Shown here in pieces: positions 31,181 to 56,339 of a stretch of DNA of 64,000 nucleotides. The notes beneath the pieces are model-generated. The model did not search any database. It was not told the origin of the DNA and was given only the letters and a program-made list of their open reading frames with translations. A program made the translations under genes and the position numbers. The DNA is taken from the NCBI RefSeq assembly GCF_009914755.1, contig NC_060929.1; one strand, given 5' to 3'. The number at the start of each line of letters is the position of its first letter. The first letter of the stretch is position 1. The stretch comes from the human T2T-CHM13v2.0 reference genome, Homo sapiens.

Positions 31181-31531
31181 TCAGTTCTCTCCTCTGCTCA
31201 AAGCCCTTCAATGGCTCCCCATTTCACCCTACGTAAAATCCAAATTCCTTACCATGTCCTACAAAGCCCCACATTAACTTCCTTACTCTCAATCCACAAA
31301 CTTTGACCTCATGCCCTAACACTCTTCCCCCTTGCTGTCTCTGGCAAGCCACATGGGATTTCTGACTATTCCTCAAACATTGCTACTCACACTCCTGCCT
31401 CAGGTCCTTTGCACTGGCTGTCCCCTGTGTCTACAAAGCTTTACCCATGATACCCCCACAGTTTGCTCCTTTCCTTATTTCAAGTCTTTGTTCAAATGTC
31501 ACTTCGTTAGGGAGGTCTTCCTTGACCCTTT

Positions 31532-36055
<4,524 letters not shown>

Positions 36056-37027
36056 CTTTTGCACATGTCTTTCTAAAGCACTTTCCAGATAACTGGACCT
36101 TTGTATCCTGGTGCTTTAGTAGAGCCTCCTAAAAGGAAAAAGTGGGTATTTGGGCTACACTCCCAGGCTTACAGTTACTGCCCAGAGAACTTGGCCCCTA
36201 ATGGAAGGAAGGAGGGAGAAAACAGGGAAGGAGGTGGAAGGCCAGGGCTATGCTGGGGCTTCCCTAAACCTTTCCACTTTCCTTCTTCTCTTCTAGTCTT
36301 AGCCTCACTACCAAGACAAGCCTGCCGAAAACCTGCCTGCCTGTCCCTCTGTCTCACCTAAGTACTCTGTCAAATGTTTATTTGAGCCATATTAACTTGC
36401 TTGGGTGCCTCCTTCTCCTTAGTGCATGGTGCTCCTCTCACAATATACATACTCTGAGTTCCTTCCTAACTCCTGCTCTAGGGCTCTGTAGGCTCCCTGA
36501 TATTTGGCGCTGAAGACAGGTTTGAGGGGCCATTTTCTTTCCAGAAGAACAGCTTGTGCAAAGGCTTGAAGAGCATGGTATGTTCTGGGAATCACAAAAG
36601 GTGATAAAACAGTCTGTAAAGTGAGGTTGTAAACAGTGGGTGATGAGGAAGGACAGGTAGGCAGGAACCAGCCTTGGTGGAGGGTTTTGCTTTGTAGGCT
36701 ATGGAAGCCATTGAAGGATTTGAGCATGCTGGAACTCACTCCCTTTCCACTCAGTCCTTGCTGCTTTGCACACCTTTTCTCATCTGGCTCATACCAAAAT
36801 CTTAGTAACACCAAAGATTTCTTGAGAGCCTTCATTATGTCAGCTTTCTGTTCACATTACCTCATTTTAAACTTTTAGTACCCATGGGTGATGAAACGGG
36901 TTCAGTAAGTTATTTGCCCTAAGTCACAGATCAAGGAAGAAGCAGAGCCCAGTTTTATAACCATTATACTAATTTTGGTCTATCCTCTCTATCCATTTCT
37001 AACTCTCTTCTTTGGAGAACAAATTAG

Positions 37028-39678
<2,651 letters not shown>

Positions 39679-41563
39679 CTGTGCCCCTAATACTTAATAC
39701 AGTGCTCAACATTCATCTTTCCATCCCCCACTCATTATTTTTTAACAATTATTTCTTGAGTATCTACTGTGTGCTAGATATGGTGGGTATAGCAGTGAAC
39801 AAGGTAGACAGGGCCCTGCCCTCAAGCTCACATTTTAGTGGCAAACAGTGAGTGCTCAGTGAACAGGAGGCTCAGTGGACCTCAGCCCTACTGGGAAGCC
39901 TCTGGAGTATTTCCTGTCAGGAGCTACAAAGCAGGGAGTACAGGTTCTGTGGGGGGAGAGTAGATTTTCTTGGTGACCTCTGGACCTCTCTTTGTCCAGG
40001 TCTCCTTGGGACTGGCCATCAGGTATCAGCAGCAGGGAGGGAAGAAATGAGGAAGGGAGAGAGAGGCAAGTATAGACAAGGTCTGAGTCCCTAAAGACAG
40101 GGAATTGTGTGTGGCTCAATGCCCATGGCCACTTTGCCGAGGCAGTTTGGTAATCAGCTTTCTTTCCTACACTGGAGCAGAAGAAAGAAATAGAGCCACA
40201 CAGTGAAAGACGTAAAAGGATAGAAATGATAGAGGAAAAAGGAAGGAGAGAAAAAATGGAACAGAGAGGAGGAGGAGCATAAGGAGAGGGAGTAAGATTG
40301 AGGCACAGAAAGAAGGCCTGCAGGACTGAGCCCTGCCTGCGTCATTGGCGGTCAGCTCTGGGGTATAGCTCTTCATTTGGGTCATCAGGGGAAAAAAAAT
40401 ATTCAATTTTGAACCCTTGGAATTCCCTAGATGCTTTCAGTAGCCCACTGATCCCTCAAGTTGTCTTTGGCTCCATCTGGCCATCCCAGGAGGCTCCCGC
40501 CAGGGACCTGCCAGCCCCCAGACCAAGATATAGTCATTGTGGACCCTCTCAAGCAAAGGGCAAGTGAAGGAAAAACAGCCTGTCTGAGAACAGCAGCCAC
40601 TGGTTTTCTTCGTTTAAAAAAATTTTTTTTAGTGCTTATATAATTGCAGAAACCACTGATTTTTATCTTTCTCAGAAAAGACCCTGTGTTCACCATCTGT
40701 TTCCTGACTAGGGGCTTCAGGCCCTACTCTCTGAGACACTGGCCTAACAGTATCCTAATCTGTAGGCACAGAGCAGAAACTTCCCTGAGCTGGGAGCTGG
40801 GGAGGCAGGGCTCCCAGATGCCAAGCCGCAGTCTGAGTTCCTTACAGTGATGCTGCTCTTTCTAGAAACCTCAGCTGCTCGCTCCTGAGGCTGGGATGCC
40901 ATCTGCTGCTCAGCTTAGGAAACTGGCTGATGGGCTGCACAGCCAAGGCTGAGTCTGGTGGGGGCTGGGCAAGAGGCCCGCCCTGGGTCTCAGGAGAGCC
41001 ATGTTTTTTGTTTCTGGATAAATCCAGTACTGGCCTTCCGGGACAGAGCAAATAGTCTGTCCTCAGTCATTCTTCTTAGACTAGACAAGATGCCTCTCTT
41101 CGACAAGAAGAGACCTAGGGATTTTAGGGGGATGGGTGGGTCTGCTCTGCCCTTCGCAAAGTTCAGTGTCATCTCAAGGTTAAATTACCGAGAGAGGTCC
41201 AGGCTGCCTCTGAAGTTCTATAGATTTCCTCAAAGGGTTTATTTTTGTCTTTTCTTTTCTTTTGCTTTTTTTTTTTTTTAATTTGCAGGTTTAACTAAGA
41301 TTATTACAAGTTGAGTTAATTGGCTGAATGAAATAATGAGGCCAGGCCTAGAGGAAGTGGGGCTTTGAAGAAAAAAGCATGCTCATGCAGAATTGAAATA
41401 AAATCTTCAGACTCTCAGCAGTTTTTGAAGCCCCTGCTCTTTGGACTGTCCTCGTTCAGGCTCCAACCCAGATAGGGTTGGGAACTCTAGTATTTTAGGG
41501 GCCACATATTTGTTGGTATTTCTTGAAGAAATGGTTATTCTGAGGAAATTTTCTACAAGCCAG

Positions 41564-42070
41564 TGTGGTAACCAGCCTCCAGGATGATCCATCCCCAATG
41601 CTGTCCATGTACTGATATTCATGCACTTGTAAATCCCCTCTCCCATATGGTACCAGGGTTTGTCTGTGTGACCAATAGAATATGACAGAAGTAATCATAT
41701 GTAACATACAAGATTAGGTTATAAAAGACACTGTGGCTTCTTTCTTGGTCACTCTGTCATCTGATCACTCACTCTGGGGCAAGCCAGTTGCCATGTAGTG
41801 AACAGTGCTGTGGAAGGTCATGTGATAAGGAACTAGGCCTTCTATCAACAGCCAAGTGAGCCATCTTGGTAGCAGATCCTCTGGCCCTCATCAGGGCCTC
41901 AGATGACTGCAGCCCTAGTGGACGGCTTGACTACAACCTCATGAGTGACCCTGAGCCAGCTTAGCTGAGCTGCTCCCCAATCCTGACCCCCAGAAACTGT
42001 ATGAAATAAACATTTGTTACTTTAAGTTCTTGAAGTTTTGGGATAATTTGTTTTGCAGCAACATAATAAA
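41564..42070 (+). mobile_element. MLT1F-type MaLR solo LTR
   Basis: tgtggtaaccagcctccagg...ttaggttataaaagacactgtggcttc...aagttttgggataatttgttttgcagcaacata. Confidence 0.8.
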
Positions 42071-42119
42071 TTTGTTGTATGGTATTATTATTATATCATG
42101 GTATATCATCTGCATTATA

Positions 42120-42645
42120 TCACTTCTTTTCCTTATAAAGTCTGGTGTCTGGACTCCACCCCCTTAATCTCTCTAACCTCATCTCTTACCACCCTGCCTC
42201 CCCGCCGGCTTAGTCTCACCCTTGGCTCAGTCTGCCACAGACCCGTTGAATTTGCTTTTCTCTCTGATGGAACTCCCTCCCACTCAACCAACCCCAAAAT
42301 CTCTGCATGGTAACTTCTTTATCTCCTTCAAGTCTTCATTCAAATGTCACCTCCTCAGTATAGCCTGTCTTGACACTCTTCACTCCTTGTATAGTAACTC
42401 CTACATCTTCCTTTTTTTTCGCTACTGTATTCTTAGCCCTTATAGTTATATAACATGTAATAAAATATCTTTTACATATTTATCTTGTAATTTCTGTCTT
42501 CCTCCACTAGAATGTAAGCTCCATGAAGGCAAGAATTTGTGTTTTTGTCTATTTTAGTTAATGTTCTATTCTTAGCATCTGGAATGGTGACAAGCATATG
42601 GGAGATATGCAATATATTTAGTTGAATGGGAAAAAAATGAATGTC
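42120..42645 (+). mobile_element. L2 3' end
   Basis: cactagaatgtaagctccatgaaggcaag...aatatatttagttgaatg. Confidence 0.75.
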
Positions 42646-42727
42646 ATAATTTGCCATTTATATCTTCTAGATTCCATGTTATATATCATATGCCATAGTA
42701 TGATAGTTGACATATATGTTGTATTTA

Positions 42728-44979
<2,252 letters not shown>

Positions 44980-45639
44980 TCCAAATCAGCAATTTCTTAA
45001 TTTAGTGTACTTATTAAGTGCCTGAAATGGCAGCTGCCATTTTTTTCCTTTCCTTTTGAGCAATAAGCCTTGGAAGCACGCCTGGCTTGGAAAAGGAAGA
45101 GGACCAGCAATTCCTCCTGAAAGGATTCCTTAGGCTAAGTGGGACATGAAGAGGCCATCAGGTTTATTCTTGACCTCCAGGTAGGCCTGCCCTGGGCCAG
45201 CCAAAACAGATGCTCTTAGAAAAGGAGATTTTGCAGCTCTCTCAGGCATCCACTTATATTTCTAGCCCTCATGGTGAGGAAGTCCTTTGTTATATCTCAT
45301 TTCAGTCTTTTTCCTATAATTTCGGGGTTTTTTTTTTTGCCTTTCTCTTATCCCAGAATAAGACAGTGATCTGTCATAAGTTGCATGCATAGTGCAATGT
45401 ATAGTAAACAATATAGAAACAACCCATTTCTCTGGTCGTATAATTGGTGAATATCACTTGAGACTCCTCATTTCCAGTCAATTGGGAGACTAGGCTTTAT
45501 ATTTATTTATCTATTTATCTTTATATCTCTACTTACTTATTTATTTAAATAAATAGAGACGAGGTCTCACTGTGTTGCCCAGGTTGGTTATTTATTTATT
45601 TTAAATTGTGGGATTCAAGTGTAGGATAGGGAAGTAATG

Positions 45640-45850
45640 GAAAGGAAGCAACATGCATTGAGTACCTGCCTGATCTCTTATATATGACATCTCATTTAAT
45701 CCTCACGACAGCTCTAAAATATAGAGATTACTATTCCCATTTTATAGGTGATGGAACTGAGGCCAGAGGTCATGTACCTAAAAGTCAAACAGCTAACATG
45801 TAAGTGGTGGAGTCAGAATCAAATCCACATCTGACTCCTAGGTTCATGTT
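45640..45850 (-). mobile_element. MIR
   Basis: atctcatttaatcctcacgacagc...cccattttataggtgatggaactgaggc. Confidence 0.8.
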
Positions 45851-47150
45851 CTCTCTACCCAGGGAGCTTGTATATATCACACAGAAACCTAGGTCTTTAG
45901 TTTCCTTACATTGCTGTGAGATATTTGGTTTATTGTCCAATAAACATGCTGAGGTTCTGGCTATTTTACATGCCTATTTACTATTTGGTAAACTTAGCAC
46001 CACAAAGATGCAAGTAACTCCATCAAGTGGATGCCTGAGAGAGCAGCAGAATCTCCTTTTCTTAAAGTATCTGTTTGAGCTGGGCCAGGGCAGGCCTACC
46101 TGGAGGCTTTCCTGTGACCAAATCTGAACTCACTCTACCTGATGTCCATTGTAATCTCCATAAAGGTAAGGACTATGTCTGTTTTATTTATCATTGTATC
46201 CCTCCTAGAGCCTAGCACAGGGCCTGCCACATGGCAGATACTCAATATTGGTTCAATGAATGAATGATGAAGTCAGACAAAGACTCTAAAAACAAGGTAA
46301 GAGAACCAACCTGACAAATATTTAAAAGGGTCAATGTTTAGTTTAAAGAAGAAGCAAAGAAGAAGAGAGGTAGCCAGGAAAAGAACGAGAGACAGCAAGA
46401 TAAGAAAACTCAGCACAAACAAGCAAGATAAAAATAGCCTCTCACCACCACTGTCCTTTTAAAATTACTTTCTATATTTGAGCTTAAGCGACAAGTGAAA
46501 TCTCCTCTGTAATTTCCCATGTGTTCAGTTTAATGAATTTCCGGCAAATGGTTTCAGTATTGGAGGGCCAATTTGGACATTGTGGGGGTGGGGCTGGTGA
46601 GAAAATGAGGGGTATGGAAATAGACTAACAAATTGAGCTAGAAACCAAATGAAGAGGTGATTGAAGGCATGTGAGGAAGGAACCAAGTCCTGGAACTTGT
46701 TCAACTCCAAGAAGGACTGGGAATTGATCTTACTCTAGCTGGTGTCACGATGATGTTTCCCTTCATGCTGTAGAGGGAGCCCACAGTCCCAGGCTGCCTT
46801 GCAACTATGCTTTGTATCACATTGCCTATTGTCTAAAGAGCTTTGTTTGTTTAAACAGAAGGCAATATGTTAATAACAATTTCAAACATTAGAGGGAATA
46901 AATAGACTGTGGCTCTTTCAGGTCCCACATGCCTTCTACATAGCAGGTATGCCATACATGTTAAACTGAGTCACAGTGAGGGGGTTGAGTTATGGAAGAA
47001 AAGCATGGGAATGCCCAGTCCACCCCTTTGCATCTGTGCTGCTGGCCAAATGTCTTCAGTTTTTCCATAGATAGAGAACAGAGCTCTGAGAGGCCACAGG
47101 ACTCAGAATACAAAGTCCTTTTTATTTTAGTCCTTAAAATTGACAATGAC

Positions 47151-49592
<2,442 letters not shown>

Positions 49593-50667
49593 TCCAACTA
49601 TGCTTTTGAGAAATAACAAGGACAACTGAAGAGCCCCACTCTAATTGGGTAGCTAGTACATAGCAGCAAGAGGAGTGCAGGGATGGAGGAGGGGTCCCTC
49701 CTCTACTCTAAGCCCTTAGGATCAGCCAGAGAGAATACAGCTATCTCTAGTACTCTTCCTGACCCCCTAGGCTATGTTAGCTGCCCCCAGACATGTGACC
49801 AAGTATACATATAGTACTTGTCATTCTTCTCCTCTAGACTGTAAGCTTTAGGCAGGCAGGAATCTCTATTGTTCTGACTTTATCTGCAGCATCTGAACAG
49901 AGTCTGGCACATGATAGATGTTTCGTAAATGTTGATTGACTGAGTGACTGACTAACTGAACAAATGACTAGATATTTCTCTACTGGTGGTTTTTCTCCCT
50001 GTTCAGGGAGAAAGAAAAAGAGCAGTCTTAGAGGCAGAAAGCATCAAGGAGGGAAGCAGGAATGAGAGGAGAGATGGAGGATAAAGAGAAAGGCAGGGAA
50101 GAAGCTTGGGGACCTGGTGTCACTTGAGGTCAGCTTTAAGTTATGAGGTCAAACTCAGAGCTAATGGACTTCCCCTAGTCCTTTGCTTTCCATCTAGCTG
50201 CATCTTTTTTTCTAGAAATGTTCCCTTTTATTTTTTGTTATTATTCTCAATAATTTTGTCTTTGCAAGAAGAAACAAAAAAGTAGAAAAATAGTTGATAT
50301 TACAGGTAAAAAAAACATAAATCAACCCATCAAAATTAATTCAGAATTTAAAAGGATGGAAGTCAAAAAGGTTGACTATGAAGGATTTTTAAGTTGGAAA
50401 CAAAATCTTCATCTAGGTTTTTCTCCAAAGGTCATTGAAAGACCTATAGCCCAAAAAGTTGACCACTTGTTCAACAGGACATGAAAATATGGCTTACCTC
50501 ACAGCCTTATTTATAATGGCTGGCCTTCCACATAAATCCTGCCTTCTACCTGGACTAATCTGAATCCAGTCATCACCAGATTATTGGTCCCTCTCTCCCC
50601 AAAGGTCTGCATAGCTCCCTGTCCTCAGTTACTTCTTGTCTCTTCTCTGAAAGCACACATGCACATT

Positions 50668-50673
50668 CACACA

Positions 50674-50710
<37 letters not shown>
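50668..50710 (+). repeat. (CA)n microsatellite
   Basis: Imperfect CA run about 1.5 kb upstream of the SNHG4 start. Confidence 0.95.
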
Positions 50711-50713
<3 letters not shown>

Positions 50714-52175
50714 ATCTTTCCTTTTCATGAATCTTCAGGGTAGCTCTGCCCTCTCCACTTTGTGTGTTTGGAAGGAAAGAAAGCGAAATATATGAGATGC
50801 CAATGCAATTTCTCCTTTAGCAGAGCTCGGTAGGACAATTACCCACCCAATCTGCCTGGTTTTATAGCTCTCATAACCTTCCTTTATGAACACGCTGTGA
50901 CAGCCGGATGTGGGCATTGATTATGGCAGCAGTCTTCAGCCACATTCCTATTTAACTGCAAAGCAGAGCTCCTGCCTACCAGCCCAGCACTGGTCATGTG
51001 ACTTTTTAAATTACTGTATTTATGTAAGCCTTTTCCCAACCAGAGCCTATGTCCAACTGCATCAAAACTGGGGAGGATTTGAGCTTGCCACTTCCCCTCC
51101 AGTGGCTCTTTGGCCCTACAGCCTAGGGTCTCTTGCTGGAATCAAACTGGGGCTCTGGGCTTTCTTAGGAGAGGTCTGCAAGAGTTGGGGTGCACAAGAA
51201 GCATACCTTTTTCATTATGAAAGAGCTGAGGAAATAGACAATGAAACATGTTGGCAGATGCCAAGGGCAGTGGCTTGGTTCCCAGGGGTTCACCTGGCAA
51301 TGGTGCCAGGTGCAAGAGATCAGCAAAACTTACAGGATTGGTTGTTGTTGTTGGGGGGCGGGTGTCGGAAAGGAATTTGGGGGAATTAGAGAATGGAGTT
51401 GGGAATCACTGCTTGTAGGCCTTCCACTCTGGACCCCAGCAGAATCATATGGACTCTAGCCACTGGGAGAGGGAAGTTTTAGTGTTCCAAAGAAATCCTG
51501 GTAGCCTTGCAGGCAGTCTGTCCTGACCAAGGACTCTGCCTGACTGTGCCATGGTGCAGGGCAAGTCTAGCAGAGAAAGCCAGTGTTCTTCAGTTACTGC
51601 AGCTCGGCGAAGAATCCCACTGCAGGGCACTAGGGAGGCCGGTCCTGCAGAGGTCAGCAGTAGGAGTGACTGGCTTAATCTATTCGAAAACCTCCTGGAA
51701 AGATCCCGAAGACCGTGGACCAAGGTGACCTGCGTGGGTGAGCGATCCATTAGCCGAATGACAGCGCTGCCGCAGAAAGCCAGAAAAAGGATATGCGTGG
51801 GAAGCGCAAAAGCGTGGGCTGGGCCTGCAGCAACGGAAAGGCGCCACGCTCGTGAGCGGAACCAGCGTTCCGGGGGCGCTCAGTGTGGGCAGGCAGGAAG
51901 CCTGGCTCCACTAGGACACACAGATTCTCTCCTGAGCAGCTGCGAACTATGCGCCCCTTCTACCCTTAAGAGATGGGATGGGAGTCCAACAAACCCAGCC
52001 ATTGCTCAGACCCCAGCCCTTCTCTCCTCTAAGAAGCAGGTTCACCTCTGCCACCGCACTCGCATTTTTTTTTTTTTTTAAAGCCCGGCCTTTCCTAGGC
52101 GGGGTCAAGGGCCCCGCCCACCGAAGCCACGCCCAGTAGCCGCCCCGGGGCGGGGTTCCCCTCGGCTCCCGGCTG

Positions 52176-52188
52176 CCCTTTCCCCTCC
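52176..52188 (+). promoter_or_regulatory. TCT initiator / 5'TOP tract (probable +1 C at 52178)
   Basis: CC-C(+1)TTTCCCCTCC-G matches YYC+1TTTYY, 11 uninterrupted pyrimidines; typical of snoRNA host genes. Confidence 0.75.
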
Positions 52189-52236
52189 GGCCTCTGCCGG
52201 TGCTGCTGCGCCCTGCGGAGCTCCGAACACGTGCGC
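52178..52236 (+). ncRNA. SNHG4: SNHG4 exon 1 (non-coding)
   Basis: From TOP start to donor GC|GTGAGT at 52237; an overlapping donor GTAAGG begins at 52241. Confidence 0.8.
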
Positions 52237-52730
52237 GTGAGTAAGGACCCAGAGGGGAGAGTCCTTGGAGGTTTCCCAGCCTGGGGAAAGAAGCAGTGCA
52301 GGGTGGCTTCTGCCGGGGCACGGGACGAAATTGGGGTTCGTCCCCTCGTGATCCCGAGCTTGGAGGGCATCTGAAAGAGACTTGGGCCTCGGAGTCGTCC
52401 CCTGTTTTTCTACCATCCCTCTTCCCTCTTCTCCCTAGGGAGTCCCATAGAGCCTGACTCCGAGAGCCTCGATCTCCCAGGGCCAGAGGCAGGGACTTTG
52501 GAAGGTTTGTGAGGAACAAATGTCCGGTGGAACTGAGTCAGCCCCTTTAACCCGAGCCTTGAAAGGGGCAGGCTATTTTTAGATCTGTTTTTAGACCCAG
52601 CGAACAATGAACCCTCTCTACTCATTTTCCTGTTCCTCTAAATTATTTGGAGGAAGTCAGGAGTGAAATTTGGGGATGGCTGGAAAAAGGTATGATCTTA
52701 GCCTTACATAAATTATAATGGTGACTGTGA

Positions 52731-53371
<641 letters not shown>

Positions 53372-53774
53372 TAACATTTTCGTTATTGCTTTTAATCAGT
53401 AGTTGAGGTCTTGGCACGACTACTGCCTCCAATTCCCCTCACATCCAATACTGCAGTTATTTTTCCAAGTGCTGTTTTTATTGTCCTTCAGGAAGTATTG
53501 GAGGCCCTCCTCTATCCAGTGTTCCCACTGTTCACTGCCCGTTTCTCTCACTGGATAACTTTTCCCTTTTTACTCACTCATATTCACCATCTAAGCCTTT
53601 TTTGGAATGTAGCTCCTCAGGTGTTTACTGAGTGCCCACACTATACCAGACATTATCCTGAGGATTAGCTTATATTTCACTTAAGCCTCCCAACCACCCT
53701 ATTTACAGAGTACTATTAGTAATATCCCCATTCAGCTTGGTGTGCTCGCTCACGCCTGTAGTCCCAGCTACTCA

Positions 53775-53894
<120 letters not shown>

Positions 53895-54195
53895 CTACAA
53901 ATGAGACTGAGGTATAGAGAGGTTTCTCGCCCAGTATCATTTGGCTAGACACTGGTTAGGGGATAGAGCCAGGCTCCCTGATATTTGTTTAATCGACTCT
54001 TTTGCTACTATTGAACTGCTGTGGTGTATAAGTAACAAGAGATGAAAACAAAGCTAAACAAGGATAAGCTATTGGTTTTATTGTCTGCTATTGTTTCTGT
54101 GGCTTAGGCCTAAGTTACCGTGTTTTGAGGGGAGGGACTCTGAGCTGCACACGTGTTCACTGTTGGCTGACTAACCTGGAGTTGTTTCATTGCAG

Positions 54196-54225
54196 AGAGG
54201 CTGGCTGTGGCAGATGCAACTGCAG
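54196..54225 (+). ncRNA. SNHG4: SNHG4 exon 2 (30 nt)
   Basis: Branch-like ctgactaac ~54167-54175, acceptor tttcattgcag|, donor CAG|GTGAGT. Confidence 0.85.
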
Positions 54226-54253
54226 GTGAGTGCAACCCCTTCAGCTCTCTTGG

Positions 54254-54398
54254 CTCCAGCTGTAGGCAGCTGCCTAGGTTGTCTTGTACCTAGGCAAGTG
54301 TTACACTGCTGGGAGAACAGCAGCCAATAGCTGGTTGGCATTCTGGCCCTGGTTCATGCCAACTCTTGTGTTGACTACCCCAGGATGCCAGCATAGTT
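54254..54398 (+). ncRNA. SNORA74D: H/ACA snoRNA, U19/SNORA74-family paralogue (SNORA74D-like)
   Basis: 5' hairpin similar to U19 (TCCAGC...GTGTTACACTGCTGG; inner stem TGCCTAGGT/ACCTAGGCA), H box AGAACA 54314-54319, 3' stem GTTGGCATTCTGG/CCAGGATGCCAGC, AUA box 54393-54395 plus 3 nt; symbol from recall. Confidence 0.75.
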
Positions 54399-54413
54399 GC
54401 TTATCCATTAAGG

Positions 54414-54600
54414 CAGGCGTGTTTTTTGGCTTCCCTGGGCCACATTGGAAGGATAAGAATTGTCTTGGGCCATACATAAAATATAGTAACACTAACGATA
54501 ACTGATAGCTAAATTTAAAAAAAAATTGCCAAAAATAACTCCTCATAATGTGTTAAGAAAGTTTACCAATTTGTGTTGGGCTGCGGGTTGGAAAAGCTTG
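54414..54600 (+). mobile_element. MER30 (hAT-Charlie MITE)
   Basis: ttttggcttccctgggccacattggaa...gggttggaaaagcttg matches recalled MER30; perfect 8-bp TSD cattaagg at 54406-54413 and 54601-54608. Confidence 0.9.
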
Positions 54601-55829
54601 CATTAAGGTTTAATCTGTGAGAGCATGACTTTTTGCAGAGAATAAGTCCAGACCTTCCTGAATAGTTCTGGTCCAACAGGTTTGGGTAGCATGAAGTTAC
54701 TTGAATCATACCTTGGAAACAGAACAAAGCTAATGGGAAGAGGGGGTTGGTAAAAATAGACGGAAAAGTCACACCTTTATTTTTAGTGCCTACCAAGGGC
54801 TCAAAGGGGGCCAGATACAATGGGATTTTTGCTAATTTCACTGAAATTAAAGTCCATGGCTCCTACTACCCACCATAAAAGCTAGTCATGACACCCTTTG
54901 TAGAGGGATGGATTCCCTATTAGGGAAACATTGATGGTAATTCACTTTAAAATTATGGGCATTCTCTAGCTGTTTAATAAAATATTAAAATATTGATTGA
55001 GGGGGCTCTGGGAACTGAACAACTACAACCACACTAATTTCTCCTTTGGGCTGACAGTATATTTGCTTTAGTTGCTTACTGATTTTCAGAAATGAACAGT
55101 TGTTGCCCCATTAAAGTGGTAGATATTGAGTTCCCTTTGTAGTAATTTTGTTTTGGAATGCTTTTTCCCAAGTAGTTGGGATGATAGGTGTGTGCCACCA
55201 CAACCAGATAATTTTTTTTTTTTTAATTTGTAGAGACAAAGTCTCATTATGTTGCCCAGGCTTTAGTAGAGACAAGGTTTCACGACGTTGTCCAGGCTGG
55301 TCTCGAACTCCTGGGCTCAAGTGATCTCCTGCCTCTCAAAGTGCTGGGGTTACAGGCATGAGCCACTGCACCGTGCCTGGCCTGGAATGCTAATCTTTTG
55401 AGAAGAGATGACCCTCGGTTGCTGTGAAAAGTGACATACTAGTTTCCACAGGAGGAAATGGGGAGGATGTTGGGGGGCAGGGGAGTTGTTTATCAAAGCT
55501 TGTTTTGTTAGATCAGTTGGCATTCCCTTAATAGGATTCTCTCAACTAAATGTGAGTGCTTTGTGTGAATGCCTCAACTGTGAATAGCCTTTTACATATG
55601 GGGTCTTAAGGCTAGTGATATCTGTAGGGCTTGGGGGATGGTTAGCTTTATAGTACTATAGGCAGGGAAAAGGCAAATAATGGTAAATAAAATAATTCCT
55701 GAGGCTATAGAAATTGGGGTAAATGGCAAGCAGCATTCTATTTCCATCTCTCCAGATAAGGGTCCTTAGGAGCTGCTATTTTAGACCAGGGTGCCAAACA
55801 TTCAAATTCATGGGAAATATATCATGTCT

Positions 55830-56308
55830 GCTCGTCTTTTTTTTTTTTTTTTTTTTAATTGACAGTAATTGTATATGTTATATGGGGTACAACATGAGGT
55901 TTTCATACATGTTTACATTGTGGAATGAGTAAATCATGCTAGTTAACACATCTAGCACCTCACATACTTATATTTTGTTGTGGTGAAAACATTTAGTATC
56001 TTTTAGCAATTTTGAAATATACAGGCCAGGCACGGTGGCTCGCACCTGTATTCCCAGCACTTTGGGAGGCTGAGGTGGGAGGATCATTTGAACCCAGGAG
56101 TTTGAGACAAGCCTGGGCAACAGAAAGAGATCTCATCTCTATAAAAAACAAAAAAGAAATTAGGTGGGTGTGTTGGCATGCACCTGTAGTCCCAGCTGCT
56201 TGGGAGGCTAAGCTGGGAGGATCACTTGACCCAGGAGATTGAGACTACAGTGAACCATGGTCATGCCACTGCACTCAGTCTAGACAGAGTGAGACCCTAT
56301 CTCAAAAA

Positions 56309-56339
<31 letters not shown>

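Larger units (their letters stand above)
51680..52400. promoter_or_regulatory. CpG-island promoter of SNHG4/MATR3 upstream isoforms
   Basis: Only non-repeat CpG-dense stretch in the window; GC boxes (aggcggggt ~52097, gccccgccc ~52112, gggcggggt ~52148), KLF-type gccacgccc ~52126, poly(dT) 52065-52079, E-box CACGTG 52228-52233. Confidence 0.9.

Noticed and set aside
50910-51389. 159-aa ORF upstream of the promoter
   Set aside because: GTG start, random-looking composition, no homology recognised
51551-52519. 176-aa (+) and 190-aa (-) ORFs over the CpG island
   Set aside because: Expected from stop-codon depletion in GC-rich DNA; non-ATG starts, cross poly(T) and splice sites, no recognisable domain
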